This document shows, piece by piece, positions 55,581 through 64,000 of a stretch of 64,000 nt of DNA. The DNA is from Candidatus Omnitrophota bacterium (GTDB lineage: Bacteria > Omnitrophota > Gorgyraeia > JAFGHF01). The notes under the pieces are model-generated. The model did no database searches. It worked only from the letters and a program-made list of their open reading frames with translations, and had not been told where the DNA came from. The position numbers and the translations under genes were made by a program. The stretch is taken from positions 216,209 through 280,208 of the forward strand of contig CP070837.1 of the NCBI GenBank assembly GCA_020341815.1, read 5' to 3'. Position 1 is the first letter of the stretch, and each line of letters starts with the position of its first letter.

Positions 55581-55653
55581 TGCCCGGTGGTGAAATGGGT
55601 ATTCACACCGGCCTTTGGAGCCGAGGTTCCTGGTTCGAATCCAGGCCGGGCAA
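55581..55653 (+). tRNA. tRNA-Gln(TTG)
   Basis: Acceptor TGCCCGG/CCGGGCA with U1-A72. Anticodon loop CTTTGGA (anticodon TTG). T arm CCTGG-TTCGAAT-CCAGG. No encoded CCA. Confidence 0.8.
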
Positions 55654-55671
55654 CTCTTGTTTTATTTAATC

Positions 55672-55700
55672 TTTACAATTTAAAACTTAATAGCATAATA
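55672..55700 (+). promoter_or_regulatory. Putative promoter giving a leaderless or near-leaderless glmU mRNA
   Basis: TTTACA, 17 nt spacer, ATAATA, ending 4 nt before the glmU ATG (55705). No Shine-Dalgarno between. Confidence 0.35.
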
Positions 55701-55704
55701 TAAA

Positions 55705-56991
55705 ATGAAAGATGTTACTGCAGTAGTATTGGCGGCGGGAGAAGGCACAAGGATGAAATCCGCCAAACCCAAAGTGTTGCACAAGGTTGGCGGCGAGCCT
55801 ATGCTCAAATGTATGCTTGGGCTTCTTAAGCGGATAGGGATTGACGACTACATTGTGGTTGTAGGGCATAAGGCAGAGGAAGTGGAGCGGGTTCTCAAAA
55901 ACGCCGACGGTAAAGTCAGAACCGTTAGACAGCTGAGGCTTTTAGGCTCGGCGGATGCGGTCTGGCAGGCGAAGAGCCTTTTCTCCAATTTTAAAGGAGA
56001 TGTGCTTATCGTATACGGAGATACGCCGCTTATAACCCATTCCAGCCTTAAAAAATTAATCCATTCTCATAGGACAAAAGAGGCCGATTGCACAATCCTG
56101 ACCGCTGTTACCAAAAACCCCAGCGGTTTCGGCAGAATTATCAGAGGGGAAAATGAGCGTATTGTAAAGATAGTCGAGGAACAGGAAGCCGACAAATACG
56201 AAAAAGCAATCGGAGAAGTCAATGTCGGTGCTTATTCTTTTAAGGCAAAAGAGCTTTTCTCTGCCCTGGAGGAGATTAAACCCGACAACGCAAAAAAAGA
56301 ATATTATTTGACCGGCGCTATAGAGACCTTATTCAAAAAGAAAGCGAAAATAGAAAGTGTTTGCGCGGATGATGAAGAAGAGGCCCTGGGCGTTAATTCC
56401 CGTTCCGACCTTTCTCGCGCCAACGCTATAATAAATAAAAGAAATATGAAAAAATTGGCCCAAAAAGGTGTGACCATAATAGACCCGGCCACAACTTTTA
56501 TATATGGAAATGTAGAAATCGCAGGCGACACGGTCATTTATCCGCATTGCGTTATCGAAGGCACGATAAAGATTGGAAAAGCCTGCTCTATTGGTCCTTT
56601 TGCCCGTCTTCGTCCGGGCACTATATTGGAAGATGATGTCCAGGTAGGCAATTTTGTGGAAGTAGTCCGCTCAAAAATTGCATCAGGCTGCAAGATAAAG
56701 CATCACAGCTATATCGGAGATACCGTTATGGGTAAAGGGGTGAATGTTGGTTGCGGCACTATTACCGCAAATTACGACGGAAAAAATAAAAATCGCACTA
56801 TTATCGGCGAAGGAGCCTTTATCGGCGTAGGCACTATCCTGATTGCCCCGGTTAAAATCGGCAAAGGGGCAATTATCGGAGCAGGAAGCGTAGTCACCAA
56901 AAACAAAGATGTTCCTGCCGGAGTAACCGTAGCGGGTGTACCCGCCGCAGTTCTTAAAAAAAGACACAAGGCGCAGGGCGTTAATTCATAA
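55705..56991 (+). CDS. glmU: Bifunctional UDP-GlcNAc pyrophosphorylase / GlcN-1-P acetyltransferase
   Basis: LAAGEGTRMKS N-terminal motif. C-terminal left-handed beta-helix hexapeptide repeats. Confidence 0.85.
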   Translation: MKDVTAVVLAAGEGTRMKSAKPKVLHKVGGEPMLKCMLGLLKRIGIDDYIVVVGHKAEEVERVLKNADGKVRTVRQLRLLGSADAVWQAKSLFSNFKGDVLIVYGDTPLITHSSLKKLIHSHRTKEADCTILTAVTKNPSGFGRIIRGENERIVKIVEEQEADKYEKAIGEVNVGAYSFKAKELFSALEEIKPDNAKKEYYLTGAIETLFKKKAKIESVCADDEEEALGVNSRSDLSRANAIINKRNMKKLAQKGVTIIDPATTFIYGNVEIAGDTVIYPHCVIEGTIKIGKACSIGPFARLRPGTILEDDVQVGNFVEVVRSKIASGCKIKHHSYIGDTVMGKGVNVGCGTITANYDGKNKNRTIIGEGAFIGVGTILIAPVKIGKGAIIGAGSVVTKNKDVPAGVTVAGVPAAVLKKRHKAQGVNS

Positions 56992-57015
56992 GAAGATCCA
57001 AAGAGGGGTGATGAA

Positions 57016-57954
57016 ATGTTTGATAAATTGGCAGTATTTTGCGGTAACGCCAATCCTAAATTAGCTAAAGATATTTGTAAGTATTTGAGGCTTAAATTGG
57101 GCCAGGCCGAAGTTACCAGATTCAGCGAAGGAGAAATCCGGGTTAAGATTAATGAAAATGTGCGCGGGAAGGATGTTTTTCTTATCCAGCCGACCTGTTC
57201 TCCTCCGAATGAAAATATGATGGAGCTTTTAATTATGATTGATGCCCTTAAGAGGGCATCGGCTTCCCGGATTACAGCGGTGCTGCCCTATTACGGATAT
57301 GCGCGGCAAGACAGGAAGGACCAGCCCCGCGTGCCCATTACGGCCAAGCTGGTGGCAGACTTGATAACCGTGGCCGGGGCCTCAAGGCTTTTGACTATAG
57401 ACCTGCATGCCGGCCAGATTCAGGGTTTCTTTGACATACCCGTGGATCACCTCTATGCCATAAATACCTTTGTGGAATATTTTCAAAAATTACGGCTGCA
57501 AAACCTGGTAGTGGTATCTCCCGATGTGGGAGGAATAAAGATGGCCCGGGCATATGCCAAGCGCTTTAATACAAACTTGGCAATAATCGATAAGCGCAGA
57601 ATCAATACCACCCAGACCGAGGTAATGAACATAATGGGTGAGGTCAAGGGTAAAAACGCAATTATTATCGATGACCTGGTAGCCACTGCCGGCTCACTGG
57701 TAGAGGCAACCCAGGCCTTAAAAAATCAGGGCGCAGAGGATATTTATGCGGCTATTACCCATCCCGTTCTTTCGGGGCCGGCCCTGGAAAGAATTGAAAA
57801 ATCTGCCTTGAAACACATCGCTGTCTGTGATACTATACCTGTTGAGGATGGTAAGATCCATCCTAAGATTAAGGTGCTAACGGTGGCTCCTTTGCTTGGG
57901 GAAGCAATTAAGAGGATTCACAATGAAGAATCGGTGAGCTGCCTCTTTGATTAA
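57016..57954 (+). CDS. prs: Ribose-phosphate pyrophosphokinase
   Basis: 312 aa. Motifs DLHAGQIQGFF and VSPDVGG; PRPP-binding loop IIDDLVATAGS. Confidence 0.9.
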   Translation: MFDKLAVFCGNANPKLAKDICKYLRLKLGQAEVTRFSEGEIRVKINENVRGKDVFLIQPTCSPPNENMMELLIMIDALKRASASRITAVLPYYGYARQDRKDQPRVPITAKLVADLITVAGASRLLTIDLHAGQIQGFFDIPVDHLYAINTFVEYFQKLRLQNLVVVSPDVGGIKMARAYAKRFNTNLAIIDKRRINTTQTEVMNIMGEVKGKNAIIIDDLVATAGSLVEATQALKNQGAEDIYAAITHPVLSGPALERIEKSALKHIAVCDTIPVEDGKIHPKIKVLTVAPLLGEAIKRIHNEESVSCLFD

Positions 57955-57966
57955 GGAAAGACAACA

Positions 57967-58677
57967 ATGGAGAAAATAAATTTAAAAGCTAAAATGAGAG
58001 AAGAGCTGGGAAAAGAGGCGGTAAAGAAACTCCGCAAAGAGGGGCTTGTGCCTGCGGTAGTCTACAAAGAAAGCAAGTCCCTTAATCTGAAAGTATCCGC
58101 CAGGGACTTATTCGAAGCAACCCATACCAAGGCGGGAGAAAATGTGATCATCAATTTGCAGATAGAATCCAAGAAGCCCGTACGTACCACTATTATTAAA
58201 GAGATTCAATACCACCCTGTAACGGCGGATATCCTGCACGTGGACTTCAACGAGATATCCTTGAATGAAGTCTTGACCGTGAAAGTACCCGTTGCCGTTA
58301 AGGGCGAGGCCGAAGGCATTAAAGAGGGCGGGGTAGTGGAGCATATCCTCTGGGAGATAGAAATAGAGTGTTTGCCTACCCAGATTCCGGAAGATATCCC
58401 CGTGGACGTCTCTGCCATGAAGATTGGGGACGCTGTATTGGTAAAAGATTTACATCTGCCCAAAGAGATAAAGGTCCTTACGGACCCCGAGGCTACAGTG
58501 GTAACCGTAGCTGTGCCCCACGTAGAAGAAGCAGAAGAGGCAAAGCCGGAAGAGGAGCAGGTAGAGCCCGAAGTAATTATGGAAAAGAAGCCTAAAGAGG
58601 AAGAGGCGCCTGAGGAAGAAGGGGCGGCTCCTGAAAAGGCAAAAGAGCCTGCAAAAGAAAAGAAACAAAAAGAATAA
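57967..58677 (+). CDS. rplY: Ribosomal protein bL25 / general stress protein Ctc with Glu/Lys-rich C-terminal tail
   Basis: 236 aa. bL25 beta-barrel N-terminal domain, Ctc-type C-domain, acidic/basic low-complexity tail. Confidence 0.8.
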   Translation: MEKINLKAKMREELGKEAVKKLRKEGLVPAVVYKESKSLNLKVSARDLFEATHTKAGENVIINLQIESKKPVRTTIIKEIQYHPVTADILHVDFNEISLNEVLTVKVPVAVKGEAEGIKEGGVVEHILWEIEIECLPTQIPEDIPVDVSAMKIGDAVLVKDLHLPKEIKVLTDPEATVVTVAVPHVEEAEEAKPEEEQVEPEVIMEKKPKEEEAPEEEGAAPEKAKEPAKEKKQKE

Positions 58678-58683
58678 GGGCTA

Positions 58684-59211
58684 GTGAAGGCAATATTAGG
58701 GTTAGGTAATCCCGGCTTAAGATATAGGCTTAACCGCCACAACGCAGGTTTTTTAGTAATCGAAAAATTGATGAAGCAGCGCACCTTGAATAGACAGCAG
58801 GTGCTTCTGGTTAAACCTTTGACCTTTGTTAATTTAAGCGGACACTGCGCCCGCTCGATAGTAAGGCGCAATAAAATACAGTTAGAGGATTTGCTGGTTG
58901 TTTGCGATGATGTGAATTTACCCCTGGGTAAAATCCGCATCAGGCCCAGTGGCAGTGATGGCGGGCACAAAGGTTTGCGTTCGATTATAGAGGCCTTGCA
59001 AAGCGAAAGATTTCCTCGTTTAAGGATTGGCGTAGGTGCGCCAATCAGGGCAAAAGAAGATACGCTCAAAGAGCACGTCTTGGGAAACTTTGATAAAAAA
59101 GAGATTAAGGTTATAGAAGGGGCAATAGAAACAGCTGCCGCCTGCTGCTGTGTCTGGGCAGAGGAAGGGATTGCGGCGGCAATGAATAGATTTAATCGGA
59201 AAGGAGATTGA
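58684..59211 (+). CDS. pth: Peptidyl-tRNA hydrolase
   Basis: 175 aa, GTG start. LGLGNPG..Y..(T/N)RHNAGF. Confidence 0.85.
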   Translation: MKAILGLGNPGLRYRLNRHNAGFLVIEKLMKQRTLNRQQVLLVKPLTFVNLSGHCARSIVRRNKIQLEDLLVVCDDVNLPLGKIRIRPSGSDGGHKGLRSIIEALQSERFPRLRIGVGAPIRAKEDTLKEHVLGNFDKKEIKVIEGAIETAAACCCVWAEEGIAAAMNRFNRKGD

Positions 59212-59213
59212 TT

Positions 59214-59513
59214 TTGTCAGCGTATGAGGCAATGTTTATATTTCAACCCGGCTTGGGCGAACAAGAACAGAAGACGCAGGTGGCAGGAATCGAAAATATT
59301 TTGAAGGAAAATCAGGCCAAGCTCCTCAACTCACAGGTATTCGGCAGACGTCAACTTGCCTATGTGCTCAATAAGCATAAAGAGGGTCTTTACCATCTGA
59401 TGGACTTTTCTGCCTCAAGCGGTGCAGTTGTTACGAAATTAAAAAAGGCCTGTGGCATAAACGAGAACATCTTGAGGGTTTTGATTGTTAAAAAGGAGGC
59501 AAAAAGTGGCTAA
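59214..59513 (+). CDS. rpsF: Ribosomal protein bS6
   Basis: TTG start at 59214 (MSAYEAMFIFQP..), 7 nt after RBS AAGGAGA. The track's 59208 start lacks an RBS. Confidence 0.75.
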   Translation: MSAYEAMFIFQPGLGEQEQKTQVAGIENILKENQAKLLNSQVFGRRQLAYVLNKHKEGLYHLMDFSASSGAVVTKLKKACGINENILRVLIVKKEAKSG

Positions 59514-59931
59514 CTTCAATCGCGTATTCTTGATGGGCAATCTTACGCGCGATCCGGAATTAAGATACACTCCCGCGGGAGCTGCGGTAGTAAACTTAAG
59601 GATTGCCGTAAACAGAAGATATAAGACCCAGTCCGGTGAGACAAAAGAGGAAACCGCATTTATTACTGTGGTGGCCTGGGGTAAGCAGGCGGAGACCTGC
59701 AGTCAGTTTTTGAGCAAAGGAAGACCTATATTTGTGGAAGGAAGGATACAGATGCGTTCCTGGGAGGGTCAGGACGGACAGAAGCGCAATGTCTTGGAGG
59801 TAAGGGCTTCGCGCGTGCAATTCCTGGGCAAACCTCAAGGCGCCTCCGAAGCCTCTGAGGCGAAGGAAGAATCGCTGGAGGCCCTTCTGGATGAAGAGAG
59901 GAATCCCGATTCAAAAGAGACGCCTTTCTGA
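59506..59931 (+). CDS. ssb: Single-stranded DNA-binding protein
   Basis: GTG 59506 after RBS AAAAGGAGG gives MANFNRVFLMGNLTRDPELRYT. OB fold and acidic C-terminal tail. Confidence 0.8.
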   Translation: MANFNRVFLMGNLTRDPELRYTPAGAAVVNLRIAVNRRYKTQSGETKEETAFITVVAWGKQAETCSQFLSKGRPIFVEGRIQMRSWEGQDGQKRNVLEVRASRVQFLGKPQGASEASEAKEESLEALLDEERNPDSKETPF

Positions 59932-59954
59932 GCGAGATCTAAAAGGAAAAACTT

Positions 59955-60206
59955 ATGCCTAAATTTAAAAAGAAAAAAAGACAGATGAAGAGGCGCGTTT
60001 TCAGAAAGAAGGTTTGCGCCTTCTGCGTCGAAAAGGTTAAGGAAATAGATTACAAGGATATAAATAAATTAAGCAGATTTATTACCGAAAGAGGCAAGAT
60101 AAGTTCGCGTCGGGGCTCGGGAGTTTGCGCCAGGCACCAGAGAAAACTGGCCTCCGCCATCAAGCGGGCGCGCTACATAGCCCTTTTACCTTTTGTAAAA
60201 AAGTAG
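59955..60206 (+). CDS. rpsR: Ribosomal protein bS18
   Basis: 83 aa. Motifs [15 protein letters not shown] and [18 protein letters not shown]. Confidence 0.9.
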   Translation: MPKFKKKKRQMKRRVFRKKVCAFCVEKVKEIDYKDINKLSRFITERGKISSRRGSGVCARHQRKLASAIKRARYIALLPFVKK

Positions 60207-60215
60207 GCATGCTTT

Positions 60216-60659
60216 ATGCGGGTTATTCTTAAAAAAGACATCGAAAAATTGGGTAAGGCAGGCGAGGTTGTGACTGTCAAGCCCGGATACGGCAGAAACT
60301 TTTTGCTTCCCCAAGACGCTGCCCTGGCGGCAACGGAGGCTAATTTAAAGCTCATGGAGCAGGAAAAGGCAAGGGCGCACTTTCGTCAGGAAAAGGAAAA
60401 AAAGGAAGCCGAGGCCTTGGCAGCTAAAATCAGCTCTATCTCCTGCACAATTCCTGTAGCGGTAGGCCCGGATGGAAAGCTTTACGGCAGCGTAACGACC
60501 CAGGACATCGCCCAGGCCTATAAGCTGGAAGGAATTGATATTGACAAAAGGAAGATAGAGCTTCCCCAGGCGATTAAGGAAGTAGGAGTCTTTAAGATAA
60601 ATATAAAGGTGCATCCCGAACTTAACATAGAAGCCAAGGTGTGGGTAGTAAAGGAATAA
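60216..60659 (+). CDS. rplI: Ribosomal protein bL9
   Basis: 147 aa. N-terminal motifs MRVILKKDIEKLGKAGEVV and GYGRNFLLPQ. Confidence 0.9.
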   Translation: MRVILKKDIEKLGKAGEVVTVKPGYGRNFLLPQDAALAATEANLKLMEQEKARAHFRQEKEKKEAEALAAKISSISCTIPVAVGPDGKLYGSVTTQDIAQAYKLEGIDIDKRKIELPQAIKEVGVFKINIKVHPELNIEAKVWVVKE

Positions 60660-60660
60660 C

Positions 60661-62043
60661 ATGGCCGCAAGGGGCATTAAAGATATCACAAAAGATGTAC
60701 CCAATGTAAAAGATATAACCTTGGAGAAGGTCCCGCCTCAGAGCCTGGAGGCGGAAATTGCCGTCCTGGGTTCGATGTTGATCGAAGAAGATGCTATTTC
60801 TCAAGGAGTGGAAATAGTCAAGCCTTCTTTCTTTTACAGGGATGCCCATCAAAAGATATTTCAGGCTATAATCGATTTATATAGCCTGAACAAGCCGGTA
60901 GATTTGGTTACCCTGACCGAAGAGTTGAAGAAAAGAGGCAGCCTTGATGATATAGGGGGCGCTGCCTATTTAACCGAGTTGACCGCCGCTGTGCCTACAG
61001 CGGCTAATGTTATCCATTACGCCAGGATTGTCAAAGAAAAGGCGATCCTGCGCAATTTGATTAATACGGCAACGCACATTGTCAGCCAGAGCTACGGGGC
61101 TCAGCAGGATGCTGGTATCCTTTTGGATAAGGCGGAGAAGCTGATATTTGATATTTCCGGCTCCCACCTGCAAGGCGTCTCCGTATCCATAAAAGAGATT
61201 GTCAAAGACAGCATTGAGACTATCGAGGGATTTTATCGCAGGAAGGCCCATGTTACAGGGCTTCCCACCGGTTTTGACGATTTAGATATGATGACCTCCG
61301 GCCTGCATAAAGGAGATTTGATAATCGTCGCCGGACGTCCCTCTATGGGTAAGAGCGCCTTCGCGACCTGTGTTGCCGAATATATCGGTGTGCATGAAGA
61401 AAAGCCCGTAGCTATTTTTAGTATAGAGATGTCCAAAGAGCAGCTGGTGCAGAGGATGCTGTGTTCGCATGCCCGCATTGAGTTGCAAAAGGCCAGAAGC
61501 GGCTTTTTAACCCAGTCTGATTGGCCGAAACTCGTGACGGCCGCAGGCAGGCTTGCCGAGGCACCCATATATATAGATGATAGCGCCGGCCTCTCGGGCC
61601 TTGAGCTCAGGGCCAAGGCCAGAAGAATGAAGAGCCGCTATAATATTGAGCTGATTATCGTAGATTATCTGCAGTTGATGAGCGGCTCAAGCAGCACAGA
61701 AAGCCGCCAGCAGGAGATTTCGGAAATATCCCGTTCTTTAAAGGCATTGGCAAAGGAACTCAATGTGCCTTTGATTGCCGTCAGCCAGCTTTCCCGTGCG
61801 CCCGAGAAAAGAGAAAGTTACCGCCCCAGGCTTTCCGATTTGAGAGAGTCCGGTGCCATAGAGCAGGATGCGGATGTGGTAATGCTTTTGTTTCGCGAGG
61901 AATATTATAATCCCAAAGATACGAATAAAGGCATTGCCGAAGTAATCATGGCCAAACAAAGAAACGGCCCGGTAGGTTCGCAAAGTTTGATGTTTTTAAG
62001 CGAGTATACCAAATTTGAAAACTTATCCAGACGTGAAGAGTAA
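60661..62043 (+). CDS. dnaB: Replicative DNA helicase
   Basis: PPQSLEAE..VLGSML N-terminus. Walker A GRPSMGKSAF. RecA-like C-domain. Confidence 0.9.
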   Translation: MAARGIKDITKDVPNVKDITLEKVPPQSLEAEIAVLGSMLIEEDAISQGVEIVKPSFFYRDAHQKIFQAIIDLYSLNKPVDLVTLTEELKKRGSLDDIGGAAYLTELTAAVPTAANVIHYARIVKEKAILRNLINTATHIVSQSYGAQQDAGILLDKAEKLIFDISGSHLQGVSVSIKEIVKDSIETIEGFYRRKAHVTGLPTGFDDLDMMTSGLHKGDLIIVAGRPSMGKSAFATCVAEYIGVHEEKPVAIFSIEMSKEQLVQRMLCSHARIELQKARSGFLTQSDWPKLVTAAGRLAEAPIYIDDSAGLSGLELRAKARRMKSRYNIELIIVDYLQLMSGSSSTESRQQEISEISRSLKALAKELNVPLIAVSQLSRAPEKRESYRPRLSDLRESGAIEQDADVVMLLFREEYYNPKDTNKGIAEVIMAKQRNGPVGSQSLMFLSEYTKFENLSRREE

Positions 62044-64000
62044 ATTTATCATACTATCTTTGGTGGTGTCTTTAATCTCGTGCTTTCTGTTAGCCGAGGC
62101 CGATGAGCCGGAGGCCCCTGCCCAAAAAATAGTTACCGCCGTAGAGGTGGAAGGCAATAAGAACTTAAGCGAAGCCAGTATCCTCTCCAAGGTCAGGACA
62201 AAACAGGGCAAGGGCTTTTCTCAGCTTATTGCCAGCGATGACCTGAAGCGCCTCTATGCCCTCGGTTATTTCGACGACATTAAAATTGATCTTAAGGATG
62301 TCGAAGAAGGCGTAATCGTAATCTTTCGGGTCAGCGAGAAGCCCATTGTCTCAGAAATCACTTTATCGGGGAACAAATCCGCCCGTACGGAAAAGCTGCA
62401 GGAATTAGTTAAGTCAAAAACCGGAGAGTTCTTTAATGTCCAGCAGCTTAAGCAGGATATGCGCGATATCCAAAAGGACTATGAAGCGCGCGGCTTTCCT
62501 CTGGCGAACATCGACTATGATATGCAGCTTGATAAAGAAACAAATGAAGCAAAAATAATAATTAATATCCAGGAGAAGGTGCGCGTTAAGATCAAGCAGA
62601 TTTACGTTGAGGGGAATAATGCCTTTTCGGATAAAAAAATATTGAAGCTTATGCGCACGCGCCGCGACGCCTTTTTCACCTCCGGTTTATATAGAGAAGA
62701 TATTCTGGATATGGACCTTGAGCGCATTACATCATTTTATCATCAGAACGGTTTTCTGGATGTAAAGGTAACCTCAAGCAAATCTTTCGCTGAAGAAAAA
62801 AAGAAGATGTTTATCACCATTGAAATAGATGAGGGCAAGCAGTATCGGGTAGGCGAGATTGAAATTCGCGGCGCGGTTATTTTCCCGGAAAGCGAGGTAA
62901 GGGATGTGCTTACCATGAAGCCGGCCGAGGTCTTTAATAAAGATGTCTTAAAATATGACATTTCCAATGTGCAAAGTTTTTATTTCGCAAAAGGCTATAT
63001 TACCGCCGAGGTAGATGTGGATACAATTTTGGATGAGAGGACCGGACGCCTGGGTTTAGTCTATAGAATAAGAGAAAATGAGTTGGCCTACATCGATAAG
63101 ATTAAAATCAGGGGCAATACAAAGACACGCGATATCGTAATCAGGCGCGAGCTTCGTTCTTATCCCGGTGAGGCCTTTGACGGGGAAAAATTGCAACGCA
63201 GCAAAGAAAGGTTGTATAACTTGGGTTTTTTCCAGGAAGTCAGTTATGATACGGAAAAGACAAAAGACCCCAACAAAAGGGACCTGGTTGTCAATGTCAA
63301 AGAAGCAAAGACGGGTGAGTTTTCCTTTGGGGCGGGTTTTAGCTCTGTGGAGAGATTTGTCGGCTTCGTAGAGGTGGCCCAGAGGAATTTCGATATCAGT
63401 AACTGGCAGACCTTTACCGGAGCAGGCCAGAATCTGAAAGTCAAGGCAGAGTTCGGCTCCAGCCGCCGGGAGTATGACTTGAGTTTTACCGAGCCCTGGA
63501 TATTTGGCTATCCTTTATCTTTCGGCATAGACGGCTATAATAAAGTCCGCGAGCGTTCCGGCACAACCGGCTACAGCTATGACGAAGAAAGAAGCGGGGG
63601 AGATATCCGCCTGGGCAAAGAACTTACCGATTTTACGCGCGCGGATTTAATGTATAAATTGGAAAATGTGGAAATTGAAAATGTTCCGGATGACGCCTCT
63701 ACGGATTTAAGAAATGAGGTAGGGGAAAACACCATCAGCAGCCTGTTTTTAGGCCTGACACGCGATACCCGCGATAACATCTATAATCCCTCAAAGGGCC
63801 TGGTCTTAAGCAGTTCGGGCGAGGTAGCCGGAGGGTTTTTGGGACAGGATAAGGATTTCTTTAAAGTAATAGGCTCAGCCGACCTTTATAAGACTTTCAT
63901 GGAAAAGCTATTATTTCAATTGAAAGTGATTGCCGCAGGATGCGACACCTACGATGATACCGATGCCATGCCTATATATGAGAGATTTTACGCCGGAGGC
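62034..64000 (+). CDS. bamA: Outer membrane protein assembly factor BamA, 3'-truncated at window edge
   Basis: GTG start overlapping the dnaB stop. Signal peptide. POTRA repeats (..DDLKRLYALGYFDD..) then beta-barrel region. Open to nt 64000, so absent from the ORF track. Confidence 0.85.

Noticed and set aside
58540-58677. Glu/Lys-rich low-complexity stretch as a separate gene or repeat
   Set aside because: It is in frame with and contiguous to the bL25/Ctc coding sequence. Such charged tails are common in Ctc-type L25.
58206-59069. 287-aa Ser/Gly-rich ORF on the minus strand
   Set aside because: It is entirely antisense to the well-conserved rplY/ctc and pth genes. Its low-complexity composition mirrors the GAA/GAG-rich sense strand. 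No RBS. Frame artefact.

Overview
64 kb of a diderm, probably anaerobic bacterial chromosome, about 47% GC. It encodes BamA, TonB, a TonB-dependent receptor and an Rnf complex. All confident genes but one (ppiD-like, 48048..49670) are on the + strand, densely packed, with frequent GTG/TTG starts and overlapping stop/start codons. In order:

- Cobamide salvage and uptake locus: cbiB fragment, cobD, btuFCD-like transporter, a cobalamin riboswitch, btuB-like receptor and tonB.
- Embedded in that locus: an unexplained AsnB-like ATPase + tiny basic peptide + radical-SAM/SPASM + Dph6-like ATPase module.
- A second radical SAM + DUF89 pair, a Cys-rich mini-protein behind a structured leader, ROK kinase, MFS transporter, trxB.
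- An rnfCGDEAB operon in unusual gene order.
- purN, a phosphohexomutase, eno, ftsB, an S1 protein.
- A split tRNA-fMet interrupted by a group-I-like intron carrying an ORF, preceded by a duplicated pseudo-exon and a YhbQ-like GIY-YIG gene.
- purBCMDE, MscS, a trehalose cluster (otsA, GT4, otsB, hypothetical, treT-like).
- tsaC, LMW-PTP, rpiB, glyA, dCMP deaminase.
- A 1.5 kb AT-rich three-gene island (PLD-like HKD protein, 2-TM protein, 94-aa protein).
- nrdR, a UvrD-like helicase-nuclease, csaA-like, cutA, an AmmeMemoRadiSam radical SAM.
- hisG, an unannotated bS22-like mini ribosomal protein, a TPR lipoprotein, split transketolase, ispE, spoVG with a zinc-ribbon insert, tRNA-Gln, glmU, prs.
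- A ribosomal/replication cluster (rplY, pth, rpsF, ssb, rpsR, rplI, dnaB) and the 5' part of bamA.

Most unusual features:

- A family of about 77-116 bp MITE-like elements with 13-15 bp GC-rich terminal inverted repeats, sitting exactly at gene junctions where they supply the upstream TGA stop and the downstream RBS + GTG start. Five full copies plus remnants.
- A conserved CACTGAR heptad-repeat/hairpin element present twice.
- The intron-split tRNA.
- The AT-rich PLD-like island.

No rRNA, CRISPR, integrase or transposase was seen.
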